DNA of 52,679 nt, counting the filler, from Squatina squatina (taxonomy: Eukaryota), in assembly GCA_031763465.1 (NCBI GenBank). It is 3 parts of 3 records of this genome, joined end to end, with 100 filler letters (N's around TTAATTAATTAA, not from the genome) between each part and the next. Parts side by side here need not be neighbours in the genome. Positions count along the whole stretch, not along the records: positions 1 to 21,716 come from JARFOE010000203.1; 2 more parts are not named here. The stretch is one strand, 5' to 3'. Position numbers and translations under genes: made by a program. Shown one piece after another: positions 1 through 12,103 of the stretch. Positions within the stretch are counted from its first letter, which is position 1, and the number at the start of each line of letters is the position of its first letter. The notes beneath the pieces were generated by a model. It worked only from the letters and a program-made list of their open reading frames with translations, was not told the DNA's origin and searched no databases.

Positions 1-295
1 ATTGGAAGACCCTGTTTAGGAGCTCACTCCACCTCGAGGTCAGAGCCTGCAACTGCACTGACAGTTGACCTAACACATTGAATGCAAACTGCTGTCAACA
101 TTCCCGATACACGTGGCCAAAAATTGGGACAACAAGGTAGTCATGTTCGTTGGCAGGAGTTGTGCATGACACAAGATATTTCCTAGCCGACAAGATGGTC
201 TTTTTATATCTGGCCAGCCAATGGCGGCAGCATCTCGAGAGGGAAACTCTTCTCCCAGTGGCGTTAGTAACTTGATGTTCAAAATCTCTTTCCAG

Positions 296-427
296 ATCAG
301 ACCTCACATTGCAACCCTTCGCAAGTACACCTATGGAAAGCACATCTTGGCCAAACTTGAAAAATATTACATGAAGAACGGAGTGGACCTGGGCCCAATT
401 GGCGGGCCACCGAACGGAATGCTGTAA
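296..427 (+). CDS. PUM1: Pumilio homolog 1, last coding exon (end of PUF repeat 8 and C-terminus)
   Basis: Acceptor ctctttccag|ATC at 295/296, phase 0. Translates [43 protein letters not shown], near-identical to the recalled vertebrate Pumilio C-terminus. PUM1 rather than PUM2 because of YYMKNGVDL, 3'UTR blocks resembling recalled human PUM1, and a downstream SDC3-type exon. Confidence 0.9.
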   Translation: MRPHIATLRKYTYGKHILAKLEKYYMKNGVDLGPIGGPPNGML

Positions 428-3400
428 ATGTTAATTTCTTAAAGCAGAATAACTCCTCCTCTCGACTTCCCTTTCCTGAGGGACGAAAACGTGACAACCA
501 GCAGCCTAATCCTCCACCCCTGCANNNNNNNNNNNNNNNNNNNNNNNNNNNNNNNNNNNNNNNNNNNNNNNNNNNNNNNNNNNNNNNNNNNNNNNNNNNN
601 NNNNNNNNNNNNNNNNNNNNNNNNACAACCAGCAGCCTAATCCTCCACCCCTGCAGGCTCTTAACAAAAAAAACAAATACCTTGGTTTTAGGTTGCCATA
701 ACACGCTAGCAAAAAGCAAACCAATTTAGTTTCTTCGGTGAAAGCATTTATAAATTTTATTTTAAGCCTATTATGTATATATATGTATGATGCTTAGCAA
801 TTCCCAAAGTCATATTTTTTCCAGGAGATGTTCACACTTTTTTTGGTTAATTTTTTTAGAAATGATCACTGCCCTGCTTTTCTACCTTGTCTCAGTGATG
901 TATAGAAATAGTTGTACATAAGGTTTAAGATAAAAAGTACATGTGATACACCAAAATTGTGATATTTTTGTCACCCCCTTATATGTACAAAAAGTAGAAA
1001 AGTTCAGGGTGTTTTTGGTGAAATCTGGCTTGTTACATGCAGATTCAGCTATAATATACTCCTGCTGTGACAGTAAGATATGCAAGAAATTGAAATCAAC
1101 TTGTAATTATCTTTTTCATTACAGACATGAGCTTTTCTTGGCAATTATTTGGCAAATTTATATTTAAACCAGTTACACAGGTTTTCAAACATAACAAGTA
1201 ACTTTTAAATGAAAGTTATTTTGTAAAAAATTACAGTTGTGTCAGTGTTAGGTTAGAATATATTAAAATTGATCTTAGAAAGCAAATGCCTTCAGAAAAC
1301 CCAGTGTGAAAGAAATTAACAGTCCAATTAATTTTAATGTTAAGCTTCTCTTAACAGGACATTGAGAATTTATTATTGATCTTTATAACATGCATATGGT
1401 TTGTTAATTTTGGAAAACAGTGACAAAATTGCTGTGGTTCAGTTTAGTCAGTACCATTAATTAGTGTGTTTCACTGCTCGATGGTGATAATAACCAAACA
1501 TGACCTGAATCTGATCGAAGCTAGAATTTTAAGAGGTTCTTGATTAACCGCTTCATTTCAAATTGATGTCTTATCAACAATAGGCTGTATCCATTTGCAC
1601 ATAATTTATCATTCCTTACTCTGTAAAATGACCTTATGTTGTCAAAAGGCCCAGAAACAAAAGTGCTATTCATTGCACTTTAATTGAGAAGAGCTGAATT
1701 GGCCCACTGAGAATGTGCTGCAATGGGTCAGAGCGAGCCTCTTCAGCTGTGGATGGAATTGTACTGAGAGTAAGCAAAATGATATATTAAAGATTTACTA
1801 AGATCATATTTTATACCAGTGCTAAAAAAAAATTATAAGTACAGAAGTAATTTCAATCTGTACAACAAAAACTGTTTTCACTTTGNNNNNNNNNNNNNNN
1901 NNNNNNNNNNNNNNNNNNNNNNNNNNNNNNNNNNNNNNNNNNNNNNNNNNNNNNNNNNNNNNNNNNNNNNNNNNNNNNNNNNNNNCCCACCTTTCGAATT
2001 CCAGATGTGCTGTTTGGTTCTCTTTCATGTTGAATTCAACCATGGAACAGAATTTCTGTTTTGTGCGCACCCTCCCGGAACTTTGTGCACGAGGGTGTGC
2101 GGCTTGCCTCCTATTCCCTCAACAGGTAGGTGTGCAAAGATTAAAAAAAAACAAAAAAAAAATACGAACACGCCAAGGCGGCTGAATTGTTTGCAGATGT
2201 TCAGCATGAGGAAGACAGAAAAAAAAAATGAAATCCAACCAAACGTTTGGTCTTGCTTATAAATATGTAGTGTATAATTGTTGTAGACTTTGCATATATA
2301 TTTGTAGTTTTTTTTTCCTTTTTTGGCAATTTGATGTCTATCTGTATCTAAAATGTACCCTAGTAGTGGAGCATAATTTGACTGTACAATTGTACATTTG
2401 TAAACCTCTATAATGTAAATGTGGAAAGTTTGAACCAACTTTAACCCTTTGAAACAGAAATAAGACAAAATGTGCATTTCAGTGTATATTCACATTTCTT
2501 TTCCTTTTGTCGTTAGCATATAGTATTGTACAATGTAAATTTCAATCAGAAGTAAATTTTTGAAGGAAGATGTTCTATCTTTATACAGCTTAGGGAATGT
2601 AAAACACTTGCTTTCTTTTTAACCTGTCACTCGATGGAACAGTAGTCTTTCTCCTTTATAAATGTTGTGGAAAATTAATATTCTGTTCACATAGAACTTT
2701 TACAAATATTGTAATGTTTTTTTTGTTGTGACAGTAGAACAAATTGTGCATAGCAACAGAAACCCTAGTTACCATGGAAACGAGGGTCATTGTTACCTCC
2801 ATTTGTGTGAAGATCCAGTCGGTGAGTTGCGTCACCTGGGCGTAAACCCCTGGTTTGTTTCTCCGAGCACAGCCAATCCCCCAGCTTGTAACTCCTGTCA
2901 GGTACCAGGTACCAGATACTTCACAAACAAGAGGCCCACCACTGTCACCCTAGGGTTTAAAGAGAACAGTTTTGCAGTGAGATTAAGGTTGGTTGGAGCA
3001 CAGGCCACGGTCCCTGCGCAAAGCCTTGGTGTTTATTCTCTATGGAGGTGACAGGAAGATTAATCTTGTGCTCGAATCGTGGGATGCGAGTGTTCGGAAT
3101 GATATGGTGGGGTAAATGCCATGAAACTCTACTCACACGCGAAGAATTGGTGCAGAGGCCCATCTGTGTAACTCACTGCGTTCCTAGNNNNNNNNNNNNN
3201 NNNNNNNNNNNNNNNNNNNNNNNNNNNNNNNNNNNNNNNNNNNNNNNNNNNNNNNNNNNNNNNNNNNNNNNNNNNNNNNNNNNNNNNCACATATGAGATA
3301 TATATATATATATATATACATACTTGTATACAATAGAAATATATATTTATTGGGGGTTTGTGTGTTTATGTATGTGTGTACACTTGAGCAATATAGAGGA

Positions 3401-4050
3401 ATTATCTGAAATGAATTCATTCGTACAGGTCACCAAGTTCATGCTGCAGCAGATGGAGTTTCTCTGTTCACAAAACAATGGAATAATCTCAGCATCAAAC
3501 TGACATTATCTGCTGGAGCTGTGACCCCAAGGAATGCATCAGTGAAATGATTACAATTATGAGGTTGGCATAACCTACTGCAACTCGCTGACCCCCTCAA
3601 ACAAATCAGCATTGACTGAGCAGTTAGAAATTGTATTTTAAATAATTCTAATTCACAATTCAGCGTCAGATACTAAAAATGTATTTTATATTCTTTGTGG
3701 GGGATCGGATGTCAGCTCACCGGTTACTCAGAGCATACTGTTGTGGACAGAGCTGAAATTTTAAACAATTGCAGAGTGCCTGCAATGGTTATGGTTTGTA
3801 CCTGGATAGATTTAGCTTCTGCCTTTCTCGAGCAATACTGTGAAGAAGGCTCTATGTACATTTACAGAAAGCCTTGTGTATATTTCCAGAAGAACTTTTG
3901 CAAGTACACCTGTAACCATATGTGTATAATTAACAAACCTGTGTATGCTTGGCCTCTGCAAATATTTTTTGTAACTTTTTTCTTGTGTAGATTGTCTCTA
4001 AAAACAATGCGTGCTCTTTATTTTGAAAAAAAAACAGTACTTTAAAATCT
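428..4050 (+). other. PUM1: PUM1 3'UTR (about 3.6 kb including gaps; end approximate)
   Basis: AU-rich sequence after the stop. Blocks at about 870-925, 2200-2590 and 3855-4050 resemble the human PUM1 3'UTR as recalled, e.g. TTTGGTCTTGCTT..GTAGACTTTGCATATATA and TGTAACCATATGTGTATAATTAACAAACCTGTGTATGCTT. ATTAAA signals at 1262, 4108 and 4124. Confidence 0.75.
774..920 (+). promoter_or_regulatory. Two Pumilio response elements (UGUAHAUA) in the PUM1 3'UTR
   Basis: TGTATATA at 774-781 and TGTACATA at 913-920 match the canonical PRE. Confidence 0.65.
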
Positions 4051-4294
4051 GTACTAGTGTTTTAAAAAAACTCTGGGTGGTTTGGTTAGACATTTTTGGA
4101 AAACATCATTAAAAGAGCTAGTAATTAAATCGTTTCCATGGTAGCTATTTTATACGTAACATTACTTGCAACATTTTTAGGGGTTGGGATTTTCTATATA
4201 ATTATACCATTTTTATTTAAAAGAAGTTCTTCCTCTCACCATAAGGTGACGACTTATCCTGGGGTATAGTTCCATGAGCACCCACAGTCCTCTG

Positions 4295-4583
4295 GCTCCC
4301 CATGTGAGAGCCTGGCGACTATTGGCGGGGCACTCGATTGTGGGGGGGCATCGCAGGCGAGTTCTCGTCAGATGTCCACCCTCAGTTCTCAGCCGTGGTC
4401 GCTGGATTCCAACTAGCAGCAGCTACCCTGATCGATGTTTGCTTTTCTGTCAGTGCCTCTTGCAGAGGAGCACAGTCCAGTTGCACTGCTCCAACTGCTA
4501 CCCTGGCTGAGAGCAGTGAACTCCACAAAGATCAAGGTTCAACCCTGGGGCTTGGTTTGTATGCTCTGTGTGGGTTGCAGGCT
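4295..4583 (-). mobile_element. Ancient tRNA-derived SINE, AmnSINE2-like
   Basis: Reverse complement has CTCAGCCAGGGTAGCAG ... ATCCAGCGACC ... GATGCCCCCCACAATCGAGT ... CAGGCTCTCACATG. These motifs recur in other copies in the window and match the AmnSINE2 consensus as recalled. Confidence 0.55.
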
Positions 4584-5544
4584 NNNNNNNNNNNNNNNNN
4601 NNNNNNNNNNNNNNNNNNNNNNNNNNNNNNNNNNNNNNNNNNNNNNNNNNNNNNNNNNNNNNNNNNNNNNNNNNNNNNNNNNNTGTTAATAAAAATCTGA
4701 TCAAGTAATGGGTAACCCCTGAAGAGAAAAGCTGAGCTTGGTTTTAATGAAGCAAGTATTGATTCCCACAGGCTGGAATTACCATGGAATCCTCATTTGA
4801 ATGGAAATCAAGACATCTCGGTCTAAATGCAGACTCTGTTGGATCTAAAAAAAAATTGAATTTTTTTTCTTAATTATAATCCAACAAAGTCCCAGATGAG
4901 AGACTGATGTCACTTTTCTTGGGGCAGCCCAGTGATGACTGACTGTATCTGCGAGACACACAGATTCCTAGCCTGCTTTATATAAATGGAGAGCTAAATG
5001 TTGTCCGCTGACTGTACCACTCTGACTCCGTGTGTGGATAATATACTGGAGCTTAATTTAGGCACATAATTCAAGCCTCTATTGCATCGCCAGATGATTC
5101 ATGTCTGAGGAAGTACAGGCACGATTGAACTGGCACCGATCCAAAGTTACTGTACTCCAGTTGACCTCAATAACCCACGGTTTATGAGCCTGTGTGGGCT
5201 ATGTTATGTGAGCAAGTGTCTATATTTCAGTCCCACCTGTAGACTATAAAAGAGATCAAAATCTGTTTGTTACATCTATAGCAACCCACCTGAGGTGAAA
5301 GCGTGTAACACGCAATAAATCCCTCGTCCATTAAACTGTTCCAAAGTCGTAAGGAGGTGTCTTCCCACCCTTTTTAACTTCCCACATCTGGGCTGGCCTT
5401 TTCTGTCATGTTTGAAGCGAACAGACAGTAAATGGCACCACCAGACTGACCTGGGTGGGGGGGGGGGGGTCACTTAAAGACTTCCCATGGTTCGTGATTG
5501 TACTTGCTGTACACAAAGTTTCTCTCTCATACTGTCTATTTATT

Positions 5545-6225
5545 GATAAACTTGTAGCACTGATCCAGCGGCACAGAATCAGCACCTCAAGCAATTAGGA
5601 AGGCAAATAGTATTTTGGATTTATTACAAGAGGATTTGAGTATCAGAATTAAGATGTTTTACTGCAGTTGTACAGGGCCTTGGTATGACCGCACCTGGAG
5701 TATTGTGTACAGTTTTGGTCTCCTTACTCAAAGAAGGATATTCTTGCCATAGAGGGAGTGCAACAAAGATTCACCAAACTGATTCCTGGGATGGCGGGAT
5801 TGTCCTATGAGGAGAGATTGAGTAAACTCGGCCTATATTCTCGAGAGTTTAGAAGAATGAGAGGTGATCTCATTGAAACATACAAAATTCTTACAGGGCT
5901 TGACAGGGTAGATGCAGGAAGGATGTTTTTCCTGGCTGGATGGGTCTCAGGATAAGAAGTTGGCCATTTAGGACTGAGCTGAGGAAATGTCTTCACTCAG
6001 AGGTGGTGAATCTTTGGAATTCTCTATCCCAGAGGGCTGTGGAGGCTCAGTCATTGAGTATATTCAAGACAAGCATCTATATTTTTTGGATATGAAGGAA
6101 ATCAAGGGATATGGGGATAGTGCAGGAAAGTGGAGTTGAGGTAGAAGATCAGTCATGGTCTTATTGACTGGCAGAGCAGGCTTGAGGGGCCGAATGGCCT
6201 ACTCCTGCTCCTATTTCTTATGTTC
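5545..6225 (+). mobile_element. CR1 LINE, 5'-truncated (RT C-terminus plus 3' tail)
   Basis: Encodes ...[43 protein letters not shown]... and ends in the tail GGGCCGAATGGCCTACTCCTGCTCCTATTTCTTATGTTCT. Confidence 0.9.
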
Positions 6226-7548
6226 TCAAGGGCAATTGGGGATAGGCAATAAATGTCCTCATCCGATGAATGAATTTTTAAAAATAGTTTTGTTAGGATT
6301 CTGCTTGGTGGTTTCCGCTTTGGAGCGGTAGAGATGTTCCTTAACAAAGTTCCCCGCAGAGTTTCTGCTTCTGGAGAACGTGGTTCATCATTTTGGGTAT
6401 CCTTGCATTCTGGACCTAAAGATGGGGACCAGGCAGCATGGAGATGACGCATCTGAGGAGAAGGCAGCACGACAAATGAAAAAATGTGAGCTGAGCACAT
6501 CGGGAACACTGGGTGTGCGGGTGTGTGGAATGCAGGTAAGAGACCGATTTTAAAGTAATAAGATGCAGCCTGCCGTTCAGTTCGAGTTTGGTTTCCCATG
6601 CGATGTAAATTATTTTGTTTGGATCTGCACTGGAAGGAAACTGAACTCCAGGTCCCATAATGGAGTTCAAACCGTGGAAGGGATAAGAAATTGGCAGAAA
6701 GGCAAGAAGCAACAGGTACTTATTAACCGTGTCATGTCGGGTTTGGTGGGGAAGGAGAAATGCTGAGTGAGGTGGCCCAGGGATTGGTGTTCGCACCACT
6801 GCAGCTTCTAATTTACATTAAATGGCAAGTTCATCAACTCCGNNNNNNNNNNNNNNNNNNNNNNNNNNNNNNNNNNNNNNNNNNNNNNNNNNNNNNNNNN
6901 NNNNNNNNNNNNNNNNNNNNNNNNNNNNNNNNNNNNNNNNNNAATAAAGAGATTCTGTTTAAAGGGCATGATTCAAAAAGCAGCTCATTTATTTTTCATT
7001 AGCCTCTCTGGGCCTCTGAGTAGCTGGTTCTGTGATTCTAGCCTAAGGGTATTGGCTTATAAAGCAGAACACAACAGGAAAACTCTTAGAAATGAAGTCT
7101 ATCAAATGAGGTTTAATCAAAACAATCTGGACCGAAGGGTTAACACAAAAATAATGTAATTTTTATTTGGGAGCACTGAAATTCCTTGCAGTTGAAGAGG
7201 CCTGAGTTACAGGGAGCGATGGCCCGTGGAAAGGAAAATTTGTAAGAAACGTTCCAGGGAGAGGTGGGGGGTATAAAGGAAAAGTTGCAGCCCCCTTTAA
7301 TTTAAAGCTGTAACGTTCCTATTCAGTTCATGAGCTAGCTTGTAATGCGCACACTCGGTGACTTGAAAAGGGCTATCTCGTTGTAGAATTTCCACGATTA
7401 ACTTTATATTGGTCTCAAATTACAGTTGGTTTGAGCTAATGTAACAAATGCAATTGAGAACAATGGGATCAAAAATGTAAAGCGTTAAATGGATAGATAT
7501 TGTGACTACTGGGCTAATTATTTTTCTTCAAACTATTTTCTGTGCAGA

Positions 7549-7724
7549 GGACCCCATGCACGTATTGGCACATTCCAAGGGGATCCCTTACCATTATTGC
7601 CACGTTCCAAGGGATCCCCTGCAAGTATTGGTATGTTCCTGGGAATCACTTGCAATTATTGGCATGTTCCCAGGGACCCTTTGCAAGTATTGGAACATTC
7701 CCGGGGACCTTTAGCAGGTATTGA
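7549..7724. repeat. Degenerate 31-bp minisatellite, about 5.5 copies
   Basis: TATTG anchors at 7563, 7595, 7626, 7657, 7688 and 7719 (spacing 31-32). Unit approximately GGGATCCCTTGCAAGTATTGGCATGTTCCCA. Confidence 0.85.
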
Positions 7725-7879
7725 CAGGGTTTTTGCCTCCACCACTCTGCTGTGAAATTGCCTCCATTTGCTGACTACTNNNNNNNNNNNNNNNNNNNNN
7801 NNNNNNNNNNNNNNNNNNNNNNNNNNNNNNNNNNNNNNNNNNNNNNNNNNNNNNNNNNNNNNNNNNNNNNNNNNNNNNN

Positions 7880-8104
7880 ACCTGTAGAATTCTCTACCAC
7901 AGAAGGCAGTTGAGGCCAAGTCATTAAATATATTCAAGGAGGACTTAGATATAGTTCCTATGGCTAAAGAGATCAAGGGATATGGGGAGAAAGCAGGGAC
8001 AGGGTACTGAGTTTGGATGATCAGCAATAATCGTATTGAATGGCGCAGCAGGCTCGAAGGGCCGAATGGCCTACTCCTGCTCCTATTTTCCATGTTTCTA
8101 TGTG
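7880..8104 (+). mobile_element. CR1 LINE 3' end
   Basis: Same tail family as 5545-6225 (GGCTCGAAGGGCCGAATGGCCTACTCCTGCTCCTATTTT...TTTCTATG). Confidence 0.85.
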
Positions 8105-10487
8105 TCCAAAAAGGACATGTATGCAGTACTGTATACTGACCACGGTGAACTTAGTTTTGAAGTGGGGAGACCTTTAAGATTCTATTGTGTTCCTCCTGTG
8201 GCCAGAGAGAGGAAGGACTGGATTCTAGCCAGGATCTCCAGATGTGAAGTTACTGTGGAGGAAGTGTAAGGCTTTCTATTGTAAACACCAGGCACATCTG
8301 CACACTCACCGAGGGCTGCTGGAGATGTCTTTGCAGTCATGCCCAGGAGTTAAGTATCATGCCAGCAGTGTAAAGATCCAAACTGTTCCCATTTAGATAC
8401 TAAATCCTATCTACTGTGTCCTTGAATCTGACCAATTGATTTGTTTCAGTTCTGTGAGTTGCGTTACCTTGGTGTATTGCATGTTGCCAGTTATTGCAAT
8501 TTATTCCCTGAACTCAAGGCGTCTGTTTGACTACATTCCCACTGGGTATCTGACATGCCAGGTAAGTCTTACTCACTTGAGGCGATATCTGTTTCAGGAT
8601 TAATCCTCGCCTTGAACACCAATGTAATGAGTTAACATTTTTTGGTCATTTTTCATTTGAAAGTTCCACAGGTGCCAACAGCTCTGCAGAACTTCACTCA
8701 AACAGCCACTCTTCATGTGTGAACATAGCTAATGTGTTTTGATGGACTTTATGGGTGTGTGCTGAAGTCCATGATCTGGTTCAGACTGTTTCATAACTCT
8801 TGGAGCTCATGCGTATGCAGCAAAAACTAGTTTCTATAAGCAAACTAAATACCCTATGAGCCCAAGCTTGCCCCTCTACGATGTGACTGGAATATGTCAC
8901 AGGACTAATTATGGAATAACATAATATAGCCTATGCAAATACTCCACTATATCCAGTCTATCGCAAAAGCATGCACTTGTGTTCAGGCTAAAATTATTAA
9001 CTAGTTTTATTGACAAATAATGTAATTACACAGAAACAGAAAAACCTAGCAGGCTTCTGATGATCCAAATGAGTAGAAAACAATAATGGTTGAATCAGTC
9101 AACAGATGTTTAAAATATCTTCAGATTGTATTTTTTGCACCGTTTGATAATTGGCAAGACTTTTGAAGAAAATAGACTTTTATTGATTTCTTGAGATAGG
9201 ACAAGTTGATATTTGACTTCTGTTACCTCAATCTTTTTCAAATTGCCAATTGACACAATTTATTCTGCTTCTGTTCAATTACCTTATTTGTGAATAAGTC
9301 TACTAGATTTTAATCTGAACAGTCTTANNNNNNNNNNNNNNNNNNNNNNNNNNNNNNNNNNNNNNNNNNNNNNNNNNNNNNNNNNNNNNNNNNNNNNNNN
9401 NNNNNNNNNNNNNNNNNNNNNNNNNNNCCTCCTATTGTGATGCTCCTAAAAAAACAATATCTTTGATGCTAAATCTGACTCCTTAATGGCCAACAATGCC
9501 TTTTTAAAACGAGCCTGGTTTATCGAAGCACATCCGAAGCTTCTTCCAGCCTCTGGCAGTCTTTTTGCCACCCCTGAAGTTGATCTGCAAAATGGCTGCT
9601 GGAAAGACACTGTTAATCATTTAAAGTCCATTGGAAGGGAACATGGTGCACCTTTATGTGGTATGAATTGTGATGGGTATATTCTATTTTCTAGCCACAG
9701 TGATTTTTTTTTTGTCTTTCTTTGAATTTCAAGAGAGCCCCCTGTGCTTTGTGGACTGAACAAGAAAGCTGTGGGTAGTCAGGAGAAGTAAATGGAATCC
9801 ATTACAGCACATTCTGACCTCTGTTGACCTCCCGAGGTGAAAGGCAAGAGTAGAATACGAGAGAAGTAGGTTCAATAAACCTCTTGACATCAAAGTGGCT
9901 GGTTCTTTATTGGAGCTGGCGAAGAAGAAATAGACACCAATGATTAGGATTAAGGTGGCATTTCCATGGTAACCTCTTTATCTTACTGAATGCATTATTG
10001 TAGTTAAGTAGCCTGTTTCCTTCCAAGGCCTAATTGTTCATCACTCATCTTGTTTACAGCTAAATAGAGAAAAGGTGAAAGGGGTAATTAAATGAAGGAG
10101 AACCATCCGCTGTGAAGAGGGGTTGGGAGTTTTGAATGCGCGTTCTGTGGCTGCTTTCTGCCTGGACTCGTATCACTTCCACAGTCGATTGCTTTTTACA
10201 ACTGGTTCAGGGTGTGTTAATAAGACTTTGCCCTGAAGCTACTCGTAGACATCAAACTACATTAGCTGCCGTGCATTTAATTTAACAGATTAGATTGCAA
10301 ATGCCATCTGAAATCATCAGCATATAAAGTGTGTCGAAAGAATTCCCCCCCCCCCCCAACCCCCAACCCTTCCCATTTTCTTTTATGNNNNNNNNNNNNN
10401 NNNNNNNNNNNNNNNNNNNNNNNNNNNNNNNNNNNNNNNNNNNNNNNNNNNNNNNNNNNNNNNNNNNNNNNNNNNNNNNNNNNNNNN

Positions 10488-10698
10488 AGTTTTCCTTTTC
10501 AAGTATATATCCCATTCCCCTTTGAAAGTTACTACGGAATTTGCTCTCAGGCAATGCATTCCAGATCACAACAACTCGCTCCGTTAAAAAAACTCTCCTC
10601 ATCTCCCCACTAGTTCTTTTGACAATTGTCTTAAATCTCATCGAATGGTGGAACAGGCTCGAGAGGCTAAATGCCCCACTCCTGTTCCTATGTTCCTA
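10488..10698. mobile_element. CR1 fragments: minus-strand 3' piece (10488-10640) abutting a plus-strand tail (10641-10698)
   Basis: Minus ORF reads RVFLTERVVVIWNALPE, a CR1 C-terminal motif. It is followed by GAATGGTGGAACAGGCTCGAGAGGCTAAATGCCCCACTCCTGTTCCTATGTTCC. Confidence 0.75.
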
Positions 10699-11221
10699 AC
10701 ATAGACCAGGAATCTACCCTGGAACCTCCTGGTCTCTAAAGCTTATGACCATCCCGATGTAGTGCAGTTACCCACAAACTCTTGTGAGCAGCTGTGTCTT
10801 TTATTTGTTAATTATATAACATTTTTAATGAGCAAAAAAAAAAGATACCTTTTATTACTTTGGGCACCAGACCATTTTCATGACCGATGTCTTGCACTCC
10901 ATTAACACGCATCTCCCAGTACCTGTTGTAATATACGTAAAGTTACTGGATTTAGGCAGATATCCTTATCACATGGACGTTGTAACTGCAGGATAAGCTG
11001 ATGATTAGTCCCACCAGTTAACTTGCTCCATTACTATTAACTGCCGCCGGCAAATAAAGCCAGATGTGATGTCCACTTTAAAAGGTCTGTCAGCGGTTTG
11101 AAAGGGGAGCCCAGCTATTAAAGAACATGTGTGGCTTTTAAATGTGATTAACTTACCGAGAGCCCAGGTGGTTCTTATCTGGCCTCTTTGGGCATGTTGC
11201 AAACGGAGGTTCACTTGCCTG

Positions 11222-12028
11222 TTAAATGATGCTGTGCAGTGTGCAGCATACCATGATCATGCTGGAGACCCTGGCTGGTGCCTCTTGAAGGGCTCCTACA
11301 GATCTCTCCAGGCATCTGAAGCACATATTCAGCATCCCGGTTGTTTGCGTTATCACGCACCTCGTCGTCATTTGGCTTTGATTGTAGTGCTCCTCGGACT
11401 CATTGCTCAGCCTCCTCACGGGTTTCATCAGCCATGGCTTCAGTGGATCGCCCTGGTCTCCAAGCAGCCAACTGGTAAGCCTGGTTGGAGGTGCAAAGAG
11501 CTGAGGGGAGGGTGGACTGGCAGAGGATGAATGAACCTTGACAGCTCCCTGGGAATCTGGTGCACACATGCATGATGATCCTCTCGTGGTTGCAGACGAG
11601 CTGCACATTGATGGCGTGGGTGCCCTTACGGTTCATGAACACACCTGTGTGATCTGGGAGTGCCTTGATTGCACACATGTGTGCAGTCTGATACCCTGAT
11701 GATACCCTGCACTTGTGGGAAGCCAGCTAAAGCCGCAAAACCAAGTGACTGCTCAGTCTGACTGGCTTCATCGGTGGCAAAGTGTACATAAAGCTGGCCT
11801 TGTCAAACATGGCAGCCGTCACCTGGGTGACATATGTGTGGACGGCTGACTGCAAGATCCTGCAAGTATCTCCCTGGAAGGCGACTGAGGTGAAGGAGTT
11901 GAGGGCGGTGGTGACTTTGACAGCCACTGGTAACTGATGTCCACCGGGTTCACTTGGCAGCAGCTCTTCATCCAGCAGGCTACAAATGTACTTTCACTGG
12001 TGAGGTTTAGCAAGCCCAGAAATCCCAT
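11222..12028 (-). pseudogene. Degenerate PIF/Harbinger (HARBI1-like) DDE transposase
   Basis: Frameshifted fragments [70 protein letters not shown] and CCTLH appear in the HARBI1 motif order across several frames. Confidence 0.9.
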
Positions 12029-12103
12029 GGACAGCCAGTAAAAGCTCCAACAGGCAAAAATGGTTGTTGGTACCCTCTTAACTATCTCTTAATTGGTTTA
12101 AAT

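Noticed and set aside
221-295. N-terminal 25 aa of ORF 221..427
   Set aside because: Intronic read-through upstream of the acceptor at 295/296.
7549-7724. CRISPR-like array (also considered for 31345-31588)
   Set aside because: Contiguous tandem units without unique spacers, no cas genes, and a eukaryotic context.
11222-12028. Domesticated HARBI1 gene
   Set aside because: Multiple frameshifts, a damaged catalytic triad and an adjacent MITE insertion indicate a dead TE copy.
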